Assembly (NCBI GenBank): GCA_050952545.1
Contig: JBMNLD010000003.1
Location: 225,683 to 289,682, forward strand
Reading direction: 5' to 3'
Origin: Christensenellales bacterium
GTDB lineage: Bacteria; Bacillota; Clostridia; Christensenellales; CAZKXV01
Length of the DNA stretch: 64,000 bases
Both the position numbers and the translations under genes were made by a program. The notes beneath the pieces were generated by a model. That model was not told the origin of the DNA, did no database searches, and worked only from the letters and a program-made list of their open reading frames with translations. Below, one piece after another: positions 18,777-27,824 of the stretch (positions within the stretch are counted from its first letter, which is position 1; the number at the start of each line of letters is the position of its first letter).

Positions 18777-19442
18777 ATGATTTTACAGAATTTACGCTTT
18801 AATAACGACTGGGACAAGACGCTTGAAGCGGAATTTGACAAGCCCTATTTCATTAGACTTTTGTCCCGCGTTAAAGAAGAATACGATCTGTACTCCGTAT
18901 ATCCCGATAAAGAGGATATATTCAACGCTTTTAAGCTGACGCCGTATAGTTCGGTTAAGGCTGTCCTCTTGGGGCAGGACCCGTATATTAATCCCGGGCA
19001 AGCCGAGGGGCTCGCTTTCTCCGTAAGAGAGGGTTGTCCGCCGCCGCCTTCTCTAAGGAATATTTTGAAAGAACTGGGGTCAGACCTTGAAATATCTGTT
19101 AAATCCAATAATCTGAGAGCCTGGGCGGAACGCGGCGTATTGCTGCTCAACAGCGTCCTGACCGTGCGATGCGGCGAGCCGGATTCCCATAAAGGGATAG
19201 GCTGGGAAATATTCACGGACAATGTCATTAGAGCGCTCTCTGACAGAAAAGAGCCACTCGTATTCATCTTGTGGGGGAAAAAAGCGAGGATGAAAAAACC
19301 GCTCATCGCTCCCCGCCATTGCATTATCGAATCCGCTCATCCGAGCCCGCTTTCGGCATCAAGAGGGTTTTTTAATTCAAGACCTTTCTCCAAAGCCAAT
19401 GAATTTCTCGGCTTAAACGCGATAGATTGGCGTCTGCCTTGA
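18777..19442 (+). CDS. ung: Uracil-DNA glycosylase
   Basis: 'LGQDPY' and 'HPSPLS' motifs. The ATG at 18777 sits 6 nt after a TATAAT box, so the mRNA may be leaderless. Confidence 0.9.
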   Translation: MILQNLRFNNDWDKTLEAEFDKPYFIRLLSRVKEEYDLYSVYPDKEDIFNAFKLTPYSSVKAVLLGQDPYINPGQAEGLAFSVREGCPPPPSLRNILKELGSDLEISVKSNNLRAWAERGVLLLNSVLTVRCGEPDSHKGIGWEIFTDNVIRALSDRKEPLVFILWGKKARMKKPLIAPRHCIIESAHPSPLSASRGFFNSRPFSKANEFLGLNAIDWRLP

Positions 19443-19466
19443 AAAAGCCTCACTTTCGGGAGGCTT
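19443..19466. terminator. Bidirectional hairpin terminator between ung and the M28 peptidase gene
   Basis: AAAGCCTC-ACTTTCGG-GAGGCTTT. Confidence 0.6.
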
Positions 19467-19470
19467 TATA

Positions 19471-20685
19471 TCAGTTTAATCCGTCCTTATCGAAAAGCGT
19501 TACCGCCTCGACTGCGACATCCAACGCAAGTCCCAGAGTTTCGGGGTCAAGATTATCGTAGCTGTCCCTTCTAGTATGATAGTAGGGTTTTAAGTTATGG
19601 TCCATTCCGCCGATGCATACAGCCTTAAAGCCCGCCTGCGTAAACGCCGCGGCATCCGTCGAGCCGAGTTCGACCACGGATGCGGGTAAATCCACGCCCG
19701 CGTTTTTAGCCGCTTTCTGAACAAAAGAGACAAGTTGTTCGTCCGCTTTAACGGTCATATTCAAATCTCTCCTGAATACGGATAAATGATCTTTTTCCCT
19801 GATAGTCTCGAACGGAATTATAATGGTCTCGATATCTTTTAATTCCTGATGCGCTGCGGCAAATCTCTTGGCTCCTCTGAGCCCCGCTTCTTCAGAGCCC
19901 GATAACACGACCATTAATTCGGTGTTTTCAAGCTCTACGCCCTCTTCCTTTAACGACTTTGCGGCCGCCATAGGCACATAGCATCCCGTAAGATTGTCGT
20001 TAGCGCCGTCTACGATCGTCTTCTCGTCGCTGAACCATATAAGCGCAATCCAGAAAGGCATAAAAATCAGTCCCGAAAGACCTAAAATCAGAAATACCGT
20101 TCCCGGAATATCCATAACAAGACCCTCGGCAATAATAGAAATAACCGCAATTGTAAGATAATACAGCACTCCCGCCACAGCTCCCAAAAATACCGCCTTG
20201 AAAGCGTTGAAGCCGTATTTATAGAGTATTGTCCATTCCCAGGTCGCGTCCGCGTGTCCGTTAAGAATTATCCTCCTCTTTACTTCGCCTTTAGGCTTTC
20301 TTACCGCGACTACATTTACTGAAGTCTTCTTGGGCCACAGGGGGTCGAATACTTCTTTATAGAGTATCAGTTGCGTAACCATGGGCACTATTGCAAGCGC
20401 GATAAATATTACGGTCATCAACCTGTTGAACCAGAAAGACGCAAACGAAAGCAGCAGACACGCTACGGTTATGTAAATCCAGCCCATAAAAGCCCCCGGA
20501 TGCAGGCTGAATTCTTCAGTCCACACCTTATCCATATACTTTTCAAGCTCGGACGCCATATAGTTCTGGGCGTCTTTCTCTCCCTTGCTGCCCGGAGGGC
20601 GTTTCTCGAATGTCTTGATTATATGGGTGATACCGTCTACCATATAATTAACATTCTCTTGTCTGGTCTTGTTTTTTAACTTCAT
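19471..20685 (-). CDS. M28-family metallopeptidase with inserted transmembrane segments
   Basis: 'NGHADA', 'GANDNLTG', 'SGSEEAGLRGA' and 'YHTRRD' metal-ligand motifs. Several hydrophobic helices between aa ~65 and 215. Confidence 0.75.
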   Translation of the reverse strand: MKLKNKTRQENVNYMVDGITHIIKTFEKRPPGSKGEKDAQNYMASELEKYMDKVWTEEFSLHPGAFMGWIYITVACLLLSFASFWFNRLMTVIFIALAIVPMVTQLILYKEVFDPLWPKKTSVNVVAVRKPKGEVKRRIILNGHADATWEWTILYKYGFNAFKAVFLGAVAGVLYYLTIAVISIIAEGLVMDIPGTVFLILGLSGLIFMPFWIALIWFSDEKTIVDGANDNLTGCYVPMAAAKSLKEEGVELENTELMVVLSGSEEAGLRGAKRFAAAHQELKDIETIIIPFETIREKDHLSVFRRDLNMTVKADEQLVSFVQKAAKNAGVDLPASVVELGSTDAAAFTQAGFKAVCIGGMDHNLKPYYHTRRDSYDNLDPETLGLALDVAVEAVTLFDKDGLN

Positions 20686-20698
20686 TCATTATTCCTCC

Positions 20699-21895
20699 TT
20701 ATTTATTATAAACTAATTTCTTAACTATTTTAATGAATGTCTTATAAAAAGGCAATTCAAATTCCTTTCTCACTTTGATAAGTTCGCTCCTTATATCTAT
20801 TCCCTGCGGACATCTGGTCTCGCACATTCCGCATTTGGTGCATTGCGACGCATGCCCCGGCTTGTCCGACAACACGGCGAGGTCGGAGATATATTTAATA
20901 CGGCTTTTTCTTGCCTTTAAGCTGTGCTTGTTGTTATATACCTTAAAGCAACTCGGAATATCGACGCCCGAGGCGCAGGGCATACAATATCCGCAGCCCG
21001 TGCATGGAATGGCTTTGGTGTTGTCGATGATTTCCTTAGCCTTTTCAAAGTATTTTAGTTCGCGCTCGCTCAAGCTGTCCGGGTAAGCGTCCTCGACTAT
21101 AGCGCAATTTTCTCTGATTTGCTCTTCGGTGTTCATTCCAGAGAGCAGCAGCGTCACTTCCTTATGGTTAAGCACCCACCTGAGCCCCCAATCGGCAATA
21201 GACCTCTTAGGCTCCGCTTTAGACCACATCTCCACAGCCTTAGGCGGCTGGTTATTGACTATCATTCCGCCCCGCAAAGGCTCCATAACAAATACGGGCA
21301 CGCCCGCGCTGTAAGCCGCCTTTAACCCCTCTGTGCCCGCCTGATATTCCGTATCCAAGAAATTATATTGTATCTGTGTGAAATCCCAATCGTAATCGTG
21401 TAAAATCAATAAAAATTCTTCTAATTTGCCGTGAAAAGAAAAGCCCGCGTTTATTATCTCCCCTTTATCTTTCTTGGTCTGAAGCCATTCGATAATCCCC
21501 AAGGATTTCATCTTCTCCCACTGGCGGTAATCTATCATGCTGTGCATAAGGTAATAATCGAAGTAACCTGTGCCGACGCGCCGTAAAGATATGTTAAATA
21601 ACCTTTCGATATCCGGGCTCTTTCTCACATAAAAAAGCGGCAGCTTATCGGCGATTTTTATCTTGTCGCGAAACGGCGCTACCGCCTCGCCCAAAATTTT
21701 TTCGCTTTCGCCGCCCATATATAAATAAGCGGTGTCGTAATAATTAATCCCAAGCTCGTAAGCGAGCTTGACAAGATTAACTGATTTTTCCCTGTCAGGC
21801 CTCGGCTTAACGCCCGCGGTTGTAGGAAGACGCATAAATCCGAAACCCAACGCCGACAATTTATCTTGGTTTTTGCCGTTAACTCTGTACTGCAT
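20699..21895 (-). CDS. Aldo/keto reductase with C-terminal Fe-S (ferredoxin-like) domain
   Basis: AKR N-terminal sequence 'LGFGFMRLP'. C-terminal 'CTGCGYCMPC' and 'CTKCGMCETRCP'. Confidence 0.8.
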   Translation of the reverse strand: MQYRVNGKNQDKLSALGFGFMRLPTTAGVKPRPDREKSVNLVKLAYELGINYYDTAYLYMGGESEKILGEAVAPFRDKIKIADKLPLFYVRKSPDIERLFNISLRRVGTGYFDYYLMHSMIDYRQWEKMKSLGIIEWLQTKKDKGEIINAGFSFHGKLEEFLLILHDYDWDFTQIQYNFLDTEYQAGTEGLKAAYSAGVPVFVMEPLRGGMIVNNQPPKAVEMWSKAEPKRSIADWGLRWVLNHKEVTLLLSGMNTEEQIRENCAIVEDAYPDSLSERELKYFEKAKEIIDNTKAIPCTGCGYCMPCASGVDIPSCFKVYNNKHSLKARKSRIKYISDLAVLSDKPGHASQCTKCGMCETRCPQGIDIRSELIKVRKEFELPFYKTFIKIVKKLVYNK

Positions 21896-22055
21896 AAAAA
21901 ATTACCATTAAATATTGTACCATTAATTAAAATAATATTCAAGTATAAATTTTGTGGCGCCTTTTCTAAAGCCCGGTTATTAGTTTAAGCAAAATCTTCA
22001 TATTTTTGCGCGAATTGAAAAACATAAGTACTGCATACTAATTCGGGAGGGCAAT

Positions 22056-23351
22056 ATGAAATTCTTAGCAAACAAAACAGATAAACTTTCGGGTACAATT
22101 ACGATACCCGGCAATAAATCAGGAACGGCGAGAGCGCTGCTGCTCGGCGCTTTGGGCGACGGTGTAACTACTATAAACAATCCGCTTACGAATATCGACA
22201 GCTATTCGATAATCAAGATGCTTAAACTGCTCGGTATTGAAATTGATTATTCGGACAACAGTAAATGGATTGTATACGGCAAAGGCGGCAGATTAGACCA
22301 GCCCTCAAATGTTCTCGACGCCGAGAATTCGGGCACGGGTTATTATATTATAACCGCGCTCGCATGCCTTATCGAGGCCAAATCCGTTATATCCGGCGAT
22401 TATCAGATATGCTACCGTCCGGCGGGACCGCTTGTAAACGCGTTGAACGACCTCGGTGCAAAGTGCTTTTCGACGAGAAATAACGGCCTTGCGCCACTTG
22501 TTACGGAGGGCAAATTAAAGGGCGGCAAGACCTCTCTTCCCCACAACAATTCCCAGTGGCTTACGCCTGTTCTTATAGCGAGTGCGCTTGCGGAAAACGA
22601 TACCGAAATCACGATATCGGGCGGCGAAATGATGGAACAGCCCTATATTAATATGACTATCGGAATGCTCAAGCAATGCGGCGTCACAATAGAGCATGAC
22701 AACCATCAGAAATATTATGTCAAGGGAAGACAGCATTTTAAGGCGACTGAATTTACCATTCCGTCCGATTGGGGTACTTCGGGTTATCCGCTTGTAGCTA
22801 CGGCAATTACAGGCTCGTCCGCAACTTTTCTAGGTCTTAACCGCAACGATTATGCGGGAGAAAGAGCGTATTTCGATATATTAAAAGCCGCGGGTTGCGA
22901 CATCGAGGAAATTCCCGGCGGCGTAAGGATAAACGGCTTAAAACAAGAACTCATAGGTCAGACCGTGGACTGCTCGGGCACCCCCGACGCCGTACCGGCG
23001 CTTGCAGTGCTCGGTTGTAACAGCAAAGGCAAGACCGTCTTGAAAAATGTCGGCGCGTCGAGAATGAAAGAAACGGACAGGACGGCGATTATCAAGAAAG
23101 AACTTGAAAAAATGGGCGGCAAATTCGAGGAGACACCGGACACATTGACGATATATCCGTCCAAATTACACGGCGCGTTTATAGACGGTCATCATGACCA
23201 CAGGATTGTAATGGCGACTTCGGTTGCGGCATTAAACGCCGACGGGCCAAGCGTTATCGATAACGCTGAATACGCGGGTGTCTCTTATCCGAACTTTTAT
23301 GAAAGTCTAAAAAGCCTAGGGGCTAATATAGAAAGGTTAGATATTAAATAA
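22056..23351 (+). CDS. aroA: 3-phosphoshikimate 1-carboxyvinyltransferase (EPSP synthase)
   Basis: 431 aa. 'TIPGNKSGTARALLLGAL' N-terminal motif. Confidence 0.9.
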   Translation: MKFLANKTDKLSGTITIPGNKSGTARALLLGALGDGVTTINNPLTNIDSYSIIKMLKLLGIEIDYSDNSKWIVYGKGGRLDQPSNVLDAENSGTGYYIITALACLIEAKSVISGDYQICYRPAGPLVNALNDLGAKCFSTRNNGLAPLVTEGKLKGGKTSLPHNNSQWLTPVLIASALAENDTEITISGGEMMEQPYINMTIGMLKQCGVTIEHDNHQKYYVKGRQHFKATEFTIPSDWGTSGYPLVATAITGSSATFLGLNRNDYAGERAYFDILKAAGCDIEEIPGGVRINGLKQELIGQTVDCSGTPDAVPALAVLGCNSKGKTVLKNVGASRMKETDRTAIIKKELEKMGGKFEETPDTLTIYPSKLHGAFIDGHHDHRIVMATSVAALNADGPSVIDNAEYAGVSYPNFYESLKSLGANIERLDIK

Positions 23352-23364
23352 AAAGGAGAATGGT

Positions 23365-24357
23365 ATGAAAAAGATATTGAGAACAGGTATCATAATAATC
23401 GTTATCTTGGCTCTCTTCACATTAATCGGTTGTGAAAAGGATCCGAATATCAAACGATTTACTATCGGTACTGCAGGAACGGCCGGCGCTCTTTATCCGA
23501 TGGGCGTGGCAATGGCAGAATGTATCACTAAGAGAGCAGAGGGCTTTTCGGCAACGGGAGAAGCTACCGCGGCATCCGTCGAGAATCTCAGAAACCTGCA
23601 TAACGGCACTATGGGCTGGGGAATTTCTCAGACCGAGGTCGCGTCTCTCGCGTATAACGGCAGAGGTGATTATGAGGATAACGCGTATACGGATATAAGG
23701 GCGTTATTTTCGACAATCAACAATTACCTGCAAATCTTCGTCAGAGCGGACAGCGATATAACATCCGTTGCGGATTTTAACGGCAAAACGATAGGTGTCG
23801 GAGCGTCGGGCAGCGGCGGCGAAATGGCCGCAAGAATACTTCTTGAGGGCTTCGATATGGATTACGACGACATCAATCCGCAATTCTTACCCGAAACCGA
23901 AGCGGTATCCGCGCTTAAAGACGGAACCATCGACGGCTTTATAGCGACACATCCCTTAAAGTCCGCGGCAATGGTCGACCTTACGACATCTATTGAAGCA
24001 AGACTTCTTCCCGCAAATGACAGATTCTACGAATTAAATCCCGCTTATTCGAAGTATACGGTACCCGTCGGCACTTACAACAATATCGACGAGGAAGTGG
24101 AAATCCCCAAATCCAGAATCATTATGTGCACCTCTACCAATGCAGGCTTTACCGACGATGAAATTTACAGATTGGTTAAGGCAATCTGGGAATACCGCGA
24201 CGACTGGGCGAATACCAATGCAACTATTCAGTCTCAGGTTGTACTCGAGACCGCTCTTGATGAAATTGATATACCTCTTCATCCCGGCGCAGTAAGGTAT
24301 TTCGAAGAGAAAGGAATGACAATCCCCGACGCCTTGCGTCCCCCTCAAGGCACTTAA
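23365..24357 (+). CDS. TAXI-family TRAP transporter solute-binding lipoprotein
   Basis: Lipobox 'LIGC'. 'FTIGTAGTAGALYPMG' TAXI signature. Confidence 0.8.
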   Translation: MKKILRTGIIIIVILALFTLIGCEKDPNIKRFTIGTAGTAGALYPMGVAMAECITKRAEGFSATGEATAASVENLRNLHNGTMGWGISQTEVASLAYNGRGDYEDNAYTDIRALFSTINNYLQIFVRADSDITSVADFNGKTIGVGASGSGGEMAARILLEGFDMDYDDINPQFLPETEAVSALKDGTIDGFIATHPLKSAAMVDLTTSIEARLLPANDRFYELNPAYSKYTVPVGTYNNIDEEVEIPKSRIIMCTSTNAGFTDDEIYRLVKAIWEYRDDWANTNATIQSQVVLETALDEIDIPLHPGAVRYFEEKGMTIPDALRPPQGT

Positions 24358-24388
24358 TAAGTGCCTTTTACATAATAAGAGGTAAAAT

Positions 24389-26314
24389 ATGGAAGAAAAA
24401 GTTATGAAATCCAAGTCCGTGCGTTCGGTCTTAATCGCTCTAAATGTTATTATCGGCATATTATCCGTCGTATCGGCGGCATTTCATATTTTTATTACTT
24501 ACAATAAAAGTATCAGCATAATCCAGCAAAGAGTGTTTCATGTCTTTCTGTTTATCTTTCTGTTTTATCTGTATTCGGTAAAGAATAAAATCAAAGAAGG
24601 CAAGACGCTCTTTCTTATTATTAACCTGATACTGATGGTAACCGCGCTTGTTACGGGCATTCATTATCTGACGCATACCGACCTCGAGGGAATGCGACAA
24701 ATCGGCATTCACGGTATAAACGCGACGCAGGTTGTATTCGGAGTTATCTTAATGCTTATGATACTCGATATTACCAGACGCACAATAGGCTCCGCTCTTG
24801 CGATAATAGCGATTGTATTCGTCATATATTCTATGCTCGGGCCGTTTATGCCCGAAGTGATTGCTCACCGCGGCTACAAAATACCGTATATGACGAGCTA
24901 TGTCGCATGGACGCTCGAGGGCGTATTCGGCACGCCTATCGGCGCGTCCGTGTCCTTTGTCGCGCTATATATAATTTTCGGGGAATTGCTTGACAAATTC
25001 GGCGCGGGAAAATTCTTTATCGATATAGCTTACGCGTTAACGGGTAGGATGAAAGGCGGTCCCGCCGAGGCGGCGGTACTGTCCAGCGCGCTTATGGGCT
25101 CGATTAACGGCAGCGCGGTCGCCAATGTCGTTACAACGGGCACTTTTACAATACCGCTAATGAAGAACGTCGGATACTCACCGACCTTTGCCGGCGCGGT
25201 TGAAGCAGTCGCGTCTACGGGAGGGCAAATTCTGCCGCCCGTAATGGGCGCCGCCGCGTTCGTAATGGCGGACATGACGGGAATTTCTTATTCCAACATT
25301 ATCATAGCCGCGTTCGTACCGGGTCTGTTATATTATATCGCTCTCGCTATATCCGTATATCTTGAGGCGGATAGGCTGGGCATTAAGCCGGAGCCTAAGG
25401 AAAAATTACCCCAGGTGCTTAAAGTACTGAAAAGGGGCTGGTACTATCTGATACCGCTTATTGTGCTTATACTTGCGCTGCTGGCGTTTAAGCTGTCCGC
25501 GAATTTATCCGCGATATACGCGATTGTCAGTCTTTTTATCATAGGCATTGTAAAGGTGATAGTCGAAGAAAAACGCTTTCCTATTAAGGAATTATACGAA
25601 TCGGCGGTCAGCGCCGCAAGGACGACTATTCCTGTAGCAATCGCCTGTGCCGCGGCGGGAATTGTTATCGGTATCGTCTCTATGACGGGTATAGGCGTTA
25701 AATTCACGCGTATTGTATTCGATTTGGCAGGCGGCAGAATTTTCTGGATGCTCTCGTTTATAATGATTGCGTGTATCGTGCTCGGAATGGGTCTGCCTTC
25801 GACGGCGGCTTATGTAATAGCCGCGACTATCGGAGTACCGCCGCTTGTCGCAGCGGGCGTTCCGCTGTTGTCCGCGAATATGTTCGTGTTCTATTTCGCG
25901 ATAATATCCTTTATCACTCCGCCCGTTGCGATAGCGGCGTACGCGGCGGCGGGATTATCCGGGGCAAACGCGATGAAAACGGGGCTTAAGGCTTTTATGC
26001 TCGGATTGTCGGGATTTATAATACCTTTCGTGTATTCATATAATCCCGCGCTCTTGATAATAGATTCGTCCCCATGGCAGATAATTTATATAATTTTAAT
26101 CACTTTATTCTCGATATTCCTGCTAACGGTGGCGATCAACGGCTGGTTTATGGGCAAGATTCATCCTGCTCTGAGAGTATTATTAATAGCGTCTTCCGTG
26201 CTGATTTTTGTTCCCGGGTACAGGACGGATATCATAGGTATTATCGCCGGCGCGATATTAATAGCGCTTATTATATTCATTAACCGTAAGAAGCCTGCAA
26301 AGGAAAATGCCTAA
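24389..26314 (+). CDS. TRAP transporter fused permease (TAXI-associated)
   Basis: 641 aa polytopic membrane protein immediately after the TAXI receptor. Confidence 0.8.
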   Translation: MEEKVMKSKSVRSVLIALNVIIGILSVVSAAFHIFITYNKSISIIQQRVFHVFLFIFLFYLYSVKNKIKEGKTLFLIINLILMVTALVTGIHYLTHTDLEGMRQIGIHGINATQVVFGVILMLMILDITRRTIGSALAIIAIVFVIYSMLGPFMPEVIAHRGYKIPYMTSYVAWTLEGVFGTPIGASVSFVALYIIFGELLDKFGAGKFFIDIAYALTGRMKGGPAEAAVLSSALMGSINGSAVANVVTTGTFTIPLMKNVGYSPTFAGAVEAVASTGGQILPPVMGAAAFVMADMTGISYSNIIIAAFVPGLLYYIALAISVYLEADRLGIKPEPKEKLPQVLKVLKRGWYYLIPLIVLILALLAFKLSANLSAIYAIVSLFIIGIVKVIVEEKRFPIKELYESAVSAARTTIPVAIACAAAGIVIGIVSMTGIGVKFTRIVFDLAGGRIFWMLSFIMIACIVLGMGLPSTAAYVIAATIGVPPLVAAGVPLLSANMFVFYFAIISFITPPVAIAAYAAAGLSGANAMKTGLKAFMLGLSGFIIPFVYSYNPALLIIDSSPWQIIYIILITLFSIFLLTVAINGWFMGKIHPALRVLLIASSVLIFVPGYRTDIIGIIAGAILIALIIFINRKKPAKENA

Positions 26315-26993
26315 GGGTATAATAATCAACAGCCTGTCTATTTTTATAGGCGGGCTTCTCGGATTGCCGCTCAAGAAATTAGTATCCGAGGACTTAAAAA
26401 AAATCTTTATTACAATTTTGGGTTTCGGCGCGTTTGTAATAGCGATTCCCTCAATAATTAAGCTCGACAGCATTCCTATTGTAGTGCTGTCCTTGATATT
26501 AGGCACGGTAACCGGTGAGCTGATAAGACTTGATACAAGACTCAGAAATTCTCTCGCAACTCTACTCAACAAAACGGCGATTGGTAAGGATAAGGTTAAA
26601 GAAAACCATTTAATAACGCTTATTACGATTTTTTGTTTCAGCGGCGCGGGATTATTCGGCGTGTTCTCCGAAGGCTTTACTGGCGACAGCTCCGTTCTTA
26701 TCGCAAAGTCCGTACTGGATTTTGCGACCGCGCTGATATTCTCGTCTTCAATAGGATTTATGGCTTCGTTAATTGCCGCGCCGCAATTTATAATATTTAT
26801 TATTCTTTATCTATTGTCCTCGTATCTCGGACACCGTATTTCAGACGCGGCCGTAAGCAATTTCATATCGATCGGCGGCGTAATCACGCTGATGATAGGC
26901 TTTAATCTGACGGGAATAAAAGAAATGAGGGTGTTAAACGCAATACCCTCTTTCGTCTATGTTATATTGTTCACTGAATTATTGCCGGTATAA
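26307..26993 (+). CDS. DUF554-like membrane protein
   Basis: 228 aa, polytopic. N-terminus 'GIIINSLSIFIGGLLG'. 8 nt overlap with the permease gene. Confidence 0.55.
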   Translation: MPKGIIINSLSIFIGGLLGLPLKKLVSEDLKKIFITILGFGAFVIAIPSIIKLDSIPIVVLSLILGTVTGELIRLDTRLRNSLATLLNKTAIGKDKVKENHLITLITIFCFSGAGLFGVFSEGFTGDSSVLIAKSVLDFATALIFSSSIGFMASLIAAPQFIIFIILYLLSSYLGHRISDAAVSNFISIGGVITLMIGFNLTGIKEMRVLNAIPSFVYVILFTELLPV

Positions 26994-27824
26994 GCCCAAA
27001 TCCAATATTTTAAGAAAGCCTTCCATATTGTCGCTTTCACTGACGGTAACGCCGTCTAGACCTATATACTCCGCAATTGATTTGAGTAGCAATACTCCGC
27101 CCGTAATTACCGTTCTTCTCATAATGGGCAGCCCTTTTATCTTGGATAAATCTTTGGTATTGACGAGTAAATCCAGCACCTTTTCGATATCGTTAAGGGT
27201 AAGACGGAAATTATCGACTAGTTTTCTCTCATAGCCGCCGAGCAATATCGCCGCAACCGTGCTAGCCGTGCCACCTATTGATACGGCGTAGTCGGGAACG
27301 GGCACACTGCCGAATTCTACTAGCTTATTGGATATATATTTGGCAAGCATCGGGATATCTTGCCCGCAAAGGTCTCTTAACCGCACAATTCCTATATCCA
27401 CGCTTTTGGAATATTTTATCGAATAATTCTCTCCGACAATAATTTCGGTGCTCGCACCGCCTATATCGATTACGGCGGTATTTCCGCCCGTATACGCGCC
27501 GTAAAATCCCGCTTTTGCCTCGATGTCGCCGCTTAGAACCTCCGCCTCAATGTCGTACTTGTTAAGGTAGTTTATAAAGTCCTCGCCGTTAATAGCGTTT
27601 CTGACCGCGCCCGTTGCGAACACATAAATTTTATCGACATACGCCTGTGCCCTTGAATAAAAATCTATGACCGTGTCCGCGGTTCTCTTTATCGCGTCAT
27701 CGTTAAGCCTGCCCGTTAGCGAAAGCCCCTCCGCAAGCTGCGTGGTATTTATTAATTTGTCTTTATTATGTTCTATCATAAGGCGCACCGAGTTGCTGCC
27801 TATGTCTATTACCGCTCTTTTCAT
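26979..27824 (-). CDS. Ppx/GppA-family phosphatase (short form)
   Basis: 'AVIDIGSNSVRL' ASKHA N-terminal motif. 281 aa. Start abuts the stop of the upstream 957 aa gene. Confidence 0.8.
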   Translation of the reverse strand: MKRAVIDIGSNSVRLMIEHNKDKLINTTQLAEGLSLTGRLNDDAIKRTADTVIDFYSRAQAYVDKIYVFATGAVRNAINGEDFINYLNKYDIEAEVLSGDIEAKAGFYGAYTGGNTAVIDIGGASTEIIVGENYSIKYSKSVDIGIVRLRDLCGQDIPMLAKYISNKLVEFGSVPVPDYAVSIGGTASTVAAILLGGYERKLVDNFRLTLNDIEKVLDLLVNTKDLSKIKGLPIMRRTVITGGVLLLKSIAEYIGLDGVTVSESDNMEGFLKILDLGLYRQ

